From Candidatus Poribacteria bacterium (GTDB taxonomy: Bacteria > Poribacteria > WGA-4E > UBA9662): a stretch of DNA of 30,357 nt. The stretch spans positions 1 through 30,357 of the forward strand of contig JAYGDX010000039.1 in the NCBI GenBank assembly GCA_046582655.1, given 5' to 3'. Position 1 is the stretch's first letter, and the number at the start of each line of letters is the position of its first letter. This document shows positions 20,280 through 29,153 of the stretch, piece after piece. Position numbers and translations under genes: made by a program. Under the pieces are notes generated by a model that saw only the letters and a list, made by a program, of their open reading frames with translations, did not search any database and was not told where the DNA came from.

Positions 20280-20317
20280 CGTTTGATGATAACATGTCAC
20301 CGTGTTATCATCAAACG
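20280..20317. promoter_or_regulatory. Perfect palindrome, 15-bp arms with 8-nt spacer, between divergent genes
   Basis: CGTTTGATGATAACA-tgtcaccg-TGTTATCATCAAACG. The repeat is certain; a regulatory role is inferred. Confidence 0.6.
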
Positions 20318-20356
20318 CATGTAATCAGAGTAACATCAATCCGGAGAAAATGAAAC

Positions 20357-21439
20357 ATGAAAATTTATCGTGCTGCCGTTATCGGTTGTAGTCGTATGGG
20401 AGCTTTCATTGATCATGAAGTTACTGATTACAAGGCAATCATACCTCCGTATTCACATGCTGGAGGATTCCAAACTGAGGAACGAACCGATTTGGTCGCC
20501 TGTGCTGATCTTCGGTCGGATGTCATGAGAGAATTCGGTAAACTCTACGGGATTGCTAAAGAACACCAATACACTGATTATCGGGAGATGCTAGAAAAGG
20601 AACAACCGGAGATTGTCAGTGTTGCCACCCAACCGGAACACCGAGCCAAGATTGTCATTGATGCAGCTAATCATGGCGTCAAAGCTATCTACGCTGAAAA
20701 AGCGATGGCCGCCTCAATGGAAGAAGCTCAAGCTATGGTAGATGCAGTAGAAAAAAACAGTGTGATGTTTAACTTAGGCACAAATCGTCGTTGGCATCCA
20801 GGATTCGATAGTATGAAATCAATCATTGATAGCGGAGACCTTGGCAGACTGAAAACTTTGATTATTTATTCAAACGGGCCCCTGTTCAACTCTGCCAGCC
20901 ACAATTTCGATCTTGTTCTTCGTCTGAACAATGATGTTGCTGCAACATGGGTTTCTGCTCACCTGCCTAATGGAGATAATATTATTAGTGGCGAGGTTGT
21001 TAATGAAGATCCAGTTGGTCAGGGAATAATCCAATTTGAAAATGAAGTAACTGTACATGCAATGCTATCCCCACGTGCCAGCGAATGGGAAGCTATCTGT
21101 GAAAAAGGAAGCTTGACCTGTTGGAACAATGGCTGGCAATGGCAGCTCCGTCGTCAAGCTGATGTGCCGGGTTGGCGACGATGTTTGGTACCTGATACTT
21201 TTCCTGAATTTGAGGGTTCCAGTTCTACGCAAAATCTTATTGAAGATCTTGTACAGGCGTTGGATACCAACGCCACGACGCGAGGCGGTATCAGAGTGGC
21301 CTATGCTAGTACAGAGTTAATCTTTGCATTTATGGAATCACATTTACAAAATGGTAAAAGGATCAACCTGCCGCTAGTCGGTTCGAAATTACGCTTGCAA
21401 CGAGGTCGAGCGCCACGACAGCCGAAATTCACCGCCTAA
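20357..21439 (+). CDS. Gfo/Idh/MocA family oxidoreductase
   Basis: AAVIGCSRMG, YTDYREML..E.P.IVSVAT, AEKAMA, NRRW and SH.FDL motifs; GGAG RBS. Confidence 0.92.
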   Translation: MKIYRAAVIGCSRMGAFIDHEVTDYKAIIPPYSHAGGFQTEERTDLVACADLRSDVMREFGKLYGIAKEHQYTDYREMLEKEQPEIVSVATQPEHRAKIVIDAANHGVKAIYAEKAMAASMEEAQAMVDAVEKNSVMFNLGTNRRWHPGFDSMKSIIDSGDLGRLKTLIIYSNGPLFNSASHNFDLVLRLNNDVAATWVSAHLPNGDNIISGEVVNEDPVGQGIIQFENEVTVHAMLSPRASEWEAICEKGSLTCWNNGWQWQLRRQADVPGWRRCLVPDTFPEFEGSSSTQNLIEDLVQALDTNATTRGGIRVAYASTELIFAFMESHLQNGKRINLPLVGSKLRLQRGRAPRQPKFTA

Positions 21440-21549
21440 ACAAAAGGTTGACCGAATTTTGCTGAATGCTCCGGTAACCATATAGTTTGTCGTATTTCCA
21501 GACGGCGTAAACCTAAATGCGTTCGAGTTACACAGAGACAGGAGAGTCT

Positions 21550-22299
21550 ATGAGAATAACGACTCAGGGAACAAGCCACGGGAACCATACATATAATCGG
21601 TTTAATTCCTCCACGCTTGTAGAAGTTGACGATGTGTCATATTTGATTGATGCGGGAGCACCGGCAAATGGACTAATGATTCGAGCTAACAAGGAATTTC
21701 ACAAACTACAAGCTGTTTTTATCACCCATATGCACGAAGATCATACTGGTGGATTACCTGGTGTCATCAAATCTCTCTTGAAGCGTCCACAAGACAATCA
21801 ACATACTGATATTTTTTTACCGGAAGAAAGAGCAATCAGCCAATTAGAAGGTTGGTTAAAAGCAATGCATCTAAAATGGCCTTCTTCGATTATTAGCCTC
21901 AAGTCAATCGAAGAAGGTCCAATATTTGAAGACGATAAAATTACCATGAAGGCTGTCGGCAACAATCACATTAAGAGTTCGAATAAACCGGTCAGTTTTT
22001 CCTTTATCCTAAATAGTTCCGAAAAACAAGTTGTATTCACTGGAGATCTCAGCCAAGATTTTTCCGATTTCCCTGTGATTGTTCGTGAAGAACCCTCTGA
22101 TATATGTATCTGTGAAATGACACATTTCTTGCCTAAAACAGCACTACCAATTCTTAAGGGATGCCCTATCAAATATCTCGTCCTGAATCATATCCATGAT
22201 CCATGGCATGGTGAAGGAGAAGAGACTTTAAAAGAGATCCTTAAATCATTGCCTTACCCATTTGCCATTGCCCATGACGGTGACGTTTTTGAAATCTAA
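21550..22299 (+). CDS. MBL-fold metallo-hydrolase, RNase Z/ElaC/AtsA-like
   Basis: GTSHG, YLIDAG, FITHMHEDHTGG (HxHxDH), FTGD, CEMTH, LNH and AHDG motifs. Start at ATG 21550 after AGGAG. Confidence 0.88.
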   Translation: MRITTQGTSHGNHTYNRFNSSTLVEVDDVSYLIDAGAPANGLMIRANKEFHKLQAVFITHMHEDHTGGLPGVIKSLLKRPQDNQHTDIFLPEERAISQLEGWLKAMHLKWPSSIISLKSIEEGPIFEDDKITMKAVGNNHIKSSNKPVSFSFILNSSEKQVVFTGDLSQDFSDFPVIVREEPSDICICEMTHFLPKTALPILKGCPIKYLVLNHIHDPWHGEGEETLKEILKSLPYPFAIAHDGDVFEI

Positions 22300-22319
22300 A
22301 TACTAGTCGGCTTAAAAAC

Positions 22320-23059
22320 ATGACCACGAAACGACAAAAGTCCGAGTTTCCTGAATACACGAACGATAACCGCTGGATATGGGATGCAAACGCCCACCGG
22401 TGGGATAACTGCATAGGTGATGGGAATGATTTTCAGACGCCATTGATTGAACCCTCCATAGAACGATTGCTTGCTGTCTTCGTCGGCGATGCCATTTTGG
22501 ATATGGCCTACGATGCTGGCTGCTTTGCCCGGTACATAGCTGAACTCAGGGCACAGGTCGTTGCTTTCGATTATAATATCAAGTTCATCGAGCGTCCTTG
22601 GAAGCGCACACCCAAAGATAACACAACGAAGGTCAACGCTCTGTTATCTTTGGGTGTTGGCCGATTCGACAAAGCTGTTTGTACAATGGACCTCATAGAT
22701 ATGCCGGAAATCACCCCGCTATTCTCAGCCCTGACACGGATGTTAAAGTCTAGAAACTCAAGAGGTGGGTAAGCATACCCATATCGGAGTGAAGATGTCG
22801 ATGCACTTGTCGCCTTTCACGAAGGAAACAGAGGGAATCATTGGGCAACCAGAATCGCAGTACTACTACCACCAACTGATTCACGGACTCTTTCAGTTAT
22901 GTTTTACTACTGGATTCGTCGTAGATGGGCTCGAGGAGGCCAGGTGTTCGGTGGAACAACATACCTGAGATTCCACTAGTTATGGTCGTGCGTATGAGAT
23001 TGATGAGAGAAAGCCAACCATCGATAATTAGACATAAAAAACAAACCTACTTTACATGA
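22320..23059 (+). pseudogene. Degraded class I SAM-dependent methyltransferase
   Basis: WDANA..WD, decayed motif I (ILDMAYDAG), VVAFD and FDKAVCTM.L.DM. A separate frame continues GIIGQPESQYYYHQ...GFVVDGLEE, and a third gives PEIPLVMVVRMR. Confidence 0.8.
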
Positions 23060-23069
23060 GGAGAAACGA

Positions 23070-24575
23070 ATGAGTCTTTTAGGAATTGATGTTGGTACAA
23101 CAGGATGTAAGATAATTGTATTTAATATTGAAGGAAAGATTTTGGCACAAGCCTACGGTGAATATCCGCTTTTACATTCTCAGCCCGGCTGGTCTGAACT
23201 GGATAGCCATGTTGTCTGGGATAAAATTTCTGATTGTATTCAGTCGGTTGCTCAACAAACAAAAAATGACCCCGTTGAAGCTATTAGTGTTGCTTCTCAA
23301 GGAGAAGCCGTCACCCCAATATCAAAATCGGGTGAAATCTTAGCAAATACTATCACTAGTTTTGATGCTCGTACAACTGATATCTCAAATGAAATCAGCC
23401 AAAAGGCAAGTAAACTTGAGCTGATGAAGATCACTGGCATTCCATTAAGCGATATTACAACACTTGCAAAATTAACTTGGATCCAACGGTACCAACCCGA
23501 AGTTTTTAAGCAAACTTGGAAATTCTTGGGGTATGAGGATTTTGTGTTTTATAAACTTGGTTTGCCACCTGTGGTTGATTACTCCCTTGCTGCTCGTACT
23601 ATGCTTTTTGATATCATTCAAAAAGATTGGTCTGAACAAATGCTAAATATGATAAATATGGATTCTTCCATGTTCTCTAGTACCGCAGCTTCAGGCACAA
23701 TAATCGGCGAAATTGGTTCTGACATCGCCAAAGATTTAGGCCTACCACAGAACGTCGTTGGCGTTACTGGTGGGCATGATCAACCATGCGGTGCACTCGG
23801 TGCGGGGATCATTGATGAAGGGGATGTGATGGATGCCACTGGTACTGTTGAATGTATCGTACCGGTGTTTTCTAAGCCTGTACTCAATCAACAAATGATT
23901 GATGGTAACTTCTCGTGCTATCCCCATGTAGTTGATGGTATGTATGTCACGCTTGGCTTCGTCTCAAGTGGAGGTGTAATTCTACGATGGTTCCGTGATA
24001 ACTTCGCACAATACGAAATTGAACAGGCAGCATCATCTGGCCAGGATGTCTACGATCTTTTGATGAAATCAATGCCTAAGGATCCATCACCAATTATGCT
24101 CCTGCCCCATTTTAACGGTTCAGGAACTCCCAAAATGGATCTTGAATCCAAGGGCGCAATACTCGGTTTAACGCTTGGTACAAGCAAACCGGACATGGTC
24201 AAATCAATTTTGGAAGGAATAAGCTTTGAGATCAAACATAACCTCATGCTTTTAGACTCTGCGGGGGTTACAATTAACGAAATCCGCGCAATCGGCGGTG
24301 GTGCAAAATCAGAGCAGTGGCTCCAACTTAAAGCAGACATATTTGGTAAAAAGGTGATTGCTCTTGATGTTTCGGAAGGTGTTTGTTTAGGAACTGCTAT
24401 ATTAGCAGGGACGGCAATTGGAAAGTACCCTTCAGTTCGGTCAGCAGTTGATCAACTTGTTCGAATCAAGAAAGTTTACCATCCACGAGAAGAAATTCAG
24501 AAGAAATACGAAGAACGGATGAAAGTTTACACTCAAATCTATCCCGCAATCCAAAGCATTTATCATCAGTTATAA
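23070..24575 (+). CDS. FGGY family carbohydrate kinase (xylulokinase-like)
   Basis: LLGIDVGTTGCK, D.R, AARTMLFD, GGHDQPCGALGAG, LEGISFE and GGGAKS..WLQ.KAD motifs; GAGGAG RBS. Confidence 0.93.
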   Translation: MSLLGIDVGTTGCKIIVFNIEGKILAQAYGEYPLLHSQPGWSELDSHVVWDKISDCIQSVAQQTKNDPVEAISVASQGEAVTPISKSGEILANTITSFDARTTDISNEISQKASKLELMKITGIPLSDITTLAKLTWIQRYQPEVFKQTWKFLGYEDFVFYKLGLPPVVDYSLAARTMLFDIIQKDWSEQMLNMINMDSSMFSSTAASGTIIGEIGSDIAKDLGLPQNVVGVTGGHDQPCGALGAGIIDEGDVMDATGTVECIVPVFSKPVLNQQMIDGNFSCYPHVVDGMYVTLGFVSSGGVILRWFRDNFAQYEIEQAASSGQDVYDLLMKSMPKDPSPIMLLPHFNGSGTPKMDLESKGAILGLTLGTSKPDMVKSILEGISFEIKHNLMLLDSAGVTINEIRAIGGGAKSEQWLQLKADIFGKKVIALDVSEGVCLGTAILAGTAIGKYPSVRSAVDQLVRIKKVYHPREEIQKKYEERMKVYTQIYPAIQSIYHQL

Positions 24576-24806
24576 AACCAGATGTTACTAAAAGTCTTGA
24601 ATGGATTAATCAAAAACGAATTTTCACAACCTCAACCCTCGTTCAGGTCAGCAAGTCTCTCCTTGGTTTCAAGTGACAAGGAGCGTAGTGCCCATTGCCA
24701 AAGACGAAAAAATGATTAGACTGTGGTTGGAATCCCTATTCACTATACCTACTACCAAACAAATAATTATTAACAATCTAACATACTCTATTAATCAAGG
24801 ATGAAT

Positions 24807-25364
24807 CTAGTTTGAGGCACCTTTTTTGTGCCGTTTTAATGCTTCAGTTGCTTGAGGCAGGTTAATCTGACCCAGGGCCTCAGTGGCACTTTGACGAACT
24901 AGCTCATTTTCGTCATCCAATGCCTTTACTAGATCAGAAATCGCGCCTTGGGCCGATTTTCCCATTCGTCCTAAAGCATAAGCGGAGGATCCACGAACTA
25001 ATTCATTCCTATCATTTCTCAAGTTATTTGTAAGATTTGGTATTGCCTGTTTGGCTGATTCACCAATGCTGCCCAATGCACTAGCAGCAAAAGCACGTGT
25101 GCTGATATCATCATTGTCCAGTGCCTCAATCAGTGTAGGAATAGCTTTAATCAATGCCCTTTGCGCTACAGGAGTATTTATCCGACCTAAGGCTCGTGCA
25201 GCATTCACGCGAGTCTCGATATTCTGGTTTCTATTATTTAGCTGCAGGATGAATTTTTGTGTTCTTTTTTCTTTTTTCTGTTCTTGGGTTTCACACCCAA
25301 TAATGACGACCCCAAAAGCGAAAAGTAATAATAAATTTGTAACTTCTATCAATTTAGTTTTCAT
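24807..25364 (-). CDS. HEAT-repeat (PBS lyase-like) lipoprotein
   Basis: Lipobox VIIGC; four repeats of R..AA.ALG.IG..A..AIP.L...L.D. Confidence 0.85.
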   Translation of the reverse strand: MKTKLIEVTNLLLLFAFGVVIIGCETQEQKKEKRTQKFILQLNNRNQNIETRVNAARALGRINTPVAQRALIKAIPTLIEALDNDDISTRAFAASALGSIGESAKQAIPNLTNNLRNDRNELVRGSSAYALGRMGKSAQGAISDLVKALDDENELVRQSATEALGQINLPQATEALKRHKKGASN

Positions 25365-25373
25365 TCTGACCTC

Positions 25374-25689
25374 TTAGTTGAGACGAGCAGGATATCCATC
25401 TAACGCCTTCTTTGCTTCACGTGTATTTATATTGTTCAACGCATCAACAACTCTGTACGAACCCCAAGGACTATGATCATTCCTATCATTCAATGCTTAA
25501 ATTGCTAGTTCATCAATCTCTACTAAAGTATTGACAGCATTGGAACGAATCTGTTCACTGTTATCACCAATTCGTACATCCTTCTATTCCTGAGTCATAC
25601 ATCCAAAAATTACTAGGCTGAGGATTAAGAGTGAGAGAAAAATCAGTTCAGTCTTTAAAATATCATCAAAAGTCAATATCAGTTATCAA
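25374..25689 (-). pseudogene. Degraded tandem paralogue of the HEAT-repeat lipoprotein
   Basis: LKTELIFLSLLILSLVIFGCMTQE*KDVRIGDNSEQIRSNAVNTLVEIDELAI*ALND...VVDALNNINTREAKKAL. Compare the neighbour's MKTKLI...IIGCETQEQK and ALGQINLPQATEAL. Confidence 0.75.
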
Positions 25690-25888
25690 GTGTTCCTCTT
25701 CTTGTCTATTAATTAAATCGACTTAATCTTTTTCACTTGATTAGCGCCATAGAGTTTTCGACCGGTGACCAAGTTCTCCTATAGTGGGTTTCTCTCAAAA
25801 TTTACTGTTTGAAATCAAAGGCTCGCCAAACAATATTGATGATCTGTTAATTAACAATTTGTAGGGCTTTTGAGGCATTCTTTCATCT

Positions 25889-26095
25889 TCATTCACGCTC
25901 GGTCTTGTAGGTCCAAGACCTGCGATTAAGTCTCTCTAACAAACCTTCAGATTTGAGATAACCCAGCAATCTCTCCTCAGAAACATGAAGGTCTTTAGCT
26001 ATTTGCTCGATACTCTGGCCATACCGCATCATTATTATGATGGCATCACGATAGCTCTCCAAATTAACTATTCTATACTTACCTGCGATTATCAA
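25889..26095 (-). CDS. Small helix-turn-helix protein
   Basis: YRDAIIIMMRYGQSIEQIAKDLHVSEERLLGYLK fits the G-x-S-x-x-x-IA-x-x-L-x-VS HTH pattern; AAGGAG upstream. Confidence 0.6.
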   Translation of the reverse strand: MIIAGKYRIVNLESYRDAIIIMMRYGQSIEQIAKDLHVSEERLLGYLKSEGLLERLNRRSWTYKTERE

Positions 26096-26188
26096 ACTCC
26101 TTTACATACGTCACTTTAATCTTCTCAATTTCAGCGTGAGAGCTGCTGAAAACAGTATTATGTACCACTAGTACATAAACCTTTTGGA

Positions 26189-26540
26189 TTAAGGACTCCA
26201 AAAACAAGTGCGCTTTACCAACCAGTGTTGATTCCACCAATTTCATCTTCGAACCATTCAACTCAAAGGCTTGATTAAAGACAAGAAAGAAATCGTTACT
26301 GGGACGATAGATATAGTTGCGTAGAAGTAGTAGGAAACTCGTATAGATAGCATATTGATATTACAGAACCTACCGGAAGTTCAACCCGGTTAAATTGGTA
26401 TTGGGATTCCAAGACGAAATGGCCATTTGATTGAAAGCCGATGATAACGTCAAAACCTGCCGAGAACCGTTGAAGAACTAGCCAATATTTACGCCAACCC
26501 CTCCCCAAAACATCCGATTTCTGTCGCTCTCAATCATGGC
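26189..26540 (-). pseudogene. C-terminal remnant of a DUF5916-like (CBM9-associated beta-barrel) protein
   Basis: Across frames: SDRNRMFWGGVGVNIG*FFNGSR; HFVLESQYQFNRVELP.GS; NYIYRPSNDFFLVFNQ; ESTLVGK; TCFWSP*. This resembles the Y.YRPG.D.FLV.N...K..Y C-terminus of that family, as recalled rather than searched. Confidence 0.55.
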
Positions 26541-26822
26541 TCTTTAAAAAAGCAACTCAACAAATGCTTCTTAAAAAGAAGTGAGAGTAAAAAACCAACC
26601 AGTCTCGACCCATCTTTGACCTTTAATTAGCATTTAAAACTAAATTCACGTCCAAAGATAAATAATACCATGATTTTGAAAGTGAATTCGTATCATTATA
26701 TAGGCACGAGCGTAACAACCAATTCTATTAATAACATAATTCTTATTTAGAGATATGAAAAAACAATAAAAATGCCCTCATTCAAATAATAAAGGTCAGG
26801 ACTTTTATTTGTTAAAGATATT

Positions 26823-28869
26823 TTATTTTTGAATGGTTTTAAGATAGGCTAATGTGCGTAAATAATTTGTGTTATGCGGCAACCAACATTCATTTGTTGA
26901 ACTAACAGGGATATCTACCCCAGACATGTCAAAATATGGACGATCATCTTGATAATCCTTACCACATAATGCCGTTAACTACACTGCCCGGTACTGCCCC
27001 ACGATCAACACCACCAAATAAGTAACGATGGTGATATGTAGTTGGGAATGCACTTCCTTGTTCTTCCATTAAACTGATATTGAAGGGGTTGTTCCCTAGA
27101 ATCCAGTTTAATTGGTCATACATAAAACCCAGATAACGAGGATCATTTTTGTATTTGTATGCTTTCCCCATTGTAATAGCTGCATAAAGAAGATTACTAT
27201 TGGTTCCCATGCTTGTTCCTCCTGATTGTGGAGGTGTGCCAAAACAGTTAGGTGTTTCTTCCGTTCCAAAAGTATATAAGCCCAAAAGGATTGTTCGAGA
27301 TCTCAAGAAGCTGATCTGCTTCTTTTACGAGTTCCTTCTTCAGCAATTCACTATGATCTTCGTTGAAGAGCTGATCATAGAGTTCAACTGATTCAATAGC
27401 TTCAATCAATCCGTCAGAGCTTTTCGGAAACAATTCGTGTGCTCGTCTTGCATATCTTTCATTTTTTGTCAGAGCATACAGGTCAACTGTTGCACTAAAC
27501 TGACGTGATCCATTCTTCCCATTATCAATTGCCCATTTCAAACCACGTTCTGCAGATTCAATCCATTGCGCATCATCATTTAAATAGTGGGCAATACGTG
27601 CCATTGAAGCTATGTGTTCAGAAGCATCACCATCATTATGATCACCTCCATAATCAAGAAGTTTACGTTCATCGCCTGTCCCTGGTATATTGTCAGTTTC
27701 TAATTCAGGAGGTGCCCAGAAACCATATCCGGAAGTAATAGAACCATATCCGGAACCGTCCGGAGATATTAAACGTCTAACATGATCTGCTCCCCAAAGT
27801 ATTTCATCTAGAAAATCACTTTGTTTATTTCTATGTCTATCCTGATCATCAAATTCAGATTTTGCTATAGTATACGCTCGTAGAAGTCCAAAAACATATG
27901 GTGCATTCGTATACGCATTATAATCACCAGCATCATGCCAACCTCCCGCAACTGAAAGTTGTTCTCCATCCATAGTTACGGCATCATCCAGATGACATGC
28001 TCCATGAAAGTCTGGAATTTCCATTCCACAACGCTGGTAGTAGAAAAATTTATATGCAGGATAGGAAGTTTGATTCCAAAGTAAATTCTCCTCGATTTTA
28101 AAAGGATACGATTGGCTTTTTTCACCATCCATTCTTACTCTTAACTTGTATTCTCCAGGAGTGTTAAAATCAGTCATATCACCACGCCAGTATTCTTTTC
28201 CCCAATCATTACCATAAGCTCCTTTCATACGGCCAAAATATGCTAAAGGAACTGCAAAGACAGATTTCCCGTCCTCATCAACCAATTCATATTTTACTTT
28301 TTTATCTTCAGGTAAAAAATTACTCTGTACTGTGAATTTTTTAGGAGCATCAACATCATATCCTACCTGATTAACCAGAACTTCTATATTTTTTGGCCGC
28401 ACAAATTCTCCAATTACCTTAGCATCATCCCACCAAGTTGGACTATCCTCATTCTTCATTGTTTCACAAATAAATTGCAGTCATTTAGCTCCTTTTGGTG
28501 GTTCGACATCATCAATATAGAATTTAATCCAACCATTATCTTCTCTTTCACTTTTAGTTAATTGATCTTCTCTTAAAATCCCTTTAAGCCCAATCCAGCG
28601 AAGTTTTGCTGATAAACCACCACTGCCCTTTGCCATTATTTCTGAATTTACAGAAACAAGTTCCGGACTGACTTCAATGTTCTCCGTTGCCAAATCAAAT
28701 GATTCTGCAGTGGAAATTATCTTAACAGATGAATCTCCTGTAAATTTTTCCTCCTTATCAAGCTGCCAGAAATCATTGACAGGCTTTATACTGTCTGGAT
28801 TCCAACCGCGTGGCTTTGTAAGTTTTTCTTCTTCAAGATTTTCACCTTTAGGATAATCACCATCCTGCA
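26823..28869 (-). pseudogene. GH9 glycoside hydrolase (CBM-like + Ig-like + catalytic domains), disrupted and 5'-truncated at the IS1380 junction
   Basis: VNQVGY....PK, D.TDFNTPGEY, QRCG, GGWHDAGDY, WILGNNPFN.S, HHR, VPG.VVNG and TNE motifs. Lesions: in-frame TGA at 28481-28483, and +1 frameshifts near 27282 and 26961. Natural stop TAA at 26823-26825. Confidence 0.9.
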
Positions 28870-29153
28870 CCGGATTTCACGACTCGGCCCATATGCACCC
28901 GCCCGCACCCATCACGGGCAGGTTCTCCTCTTAGTGTGCGGATAACCGCCGACGTTTTCAAGATCGATTTTGCAGTCACCAGCCCTCTTTGAGGCCGTTT
29001 ACAGCCTAACAACAGCCATCAGAGGCGACCTTCAGGGCTGTTCACGCCAGTTCGGACACACCTCCCCATCGGATTTTGGGCTATTTCCATTTTTGCGAAC
29101 ACCATCTTGGTCATGTTGGCGCAGGTAACAATGGGCCGAGTCGTGAAATCCGG
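28870..29153. repeat. Perfect 23-bp inverted repeat (28870-28892 and 29131-29153)
   Basis: CCGGATTTCACGACTCGGCCCAT and ATGGGCCGAGTCGTGAAATCCGG are exact reverse complements, 238 bp apart. Confidence 0.92.

Noticed and set aside
28460..28490. In-frame TGA in GH9 as evidence of stop-codon recoding or selenocysteine
   Set aside because: The gene also has two frameshifts, its other Trp codons are TGG, and TGA terminates an intact gene in the window (PhyH). Ordinary decay is simpler.
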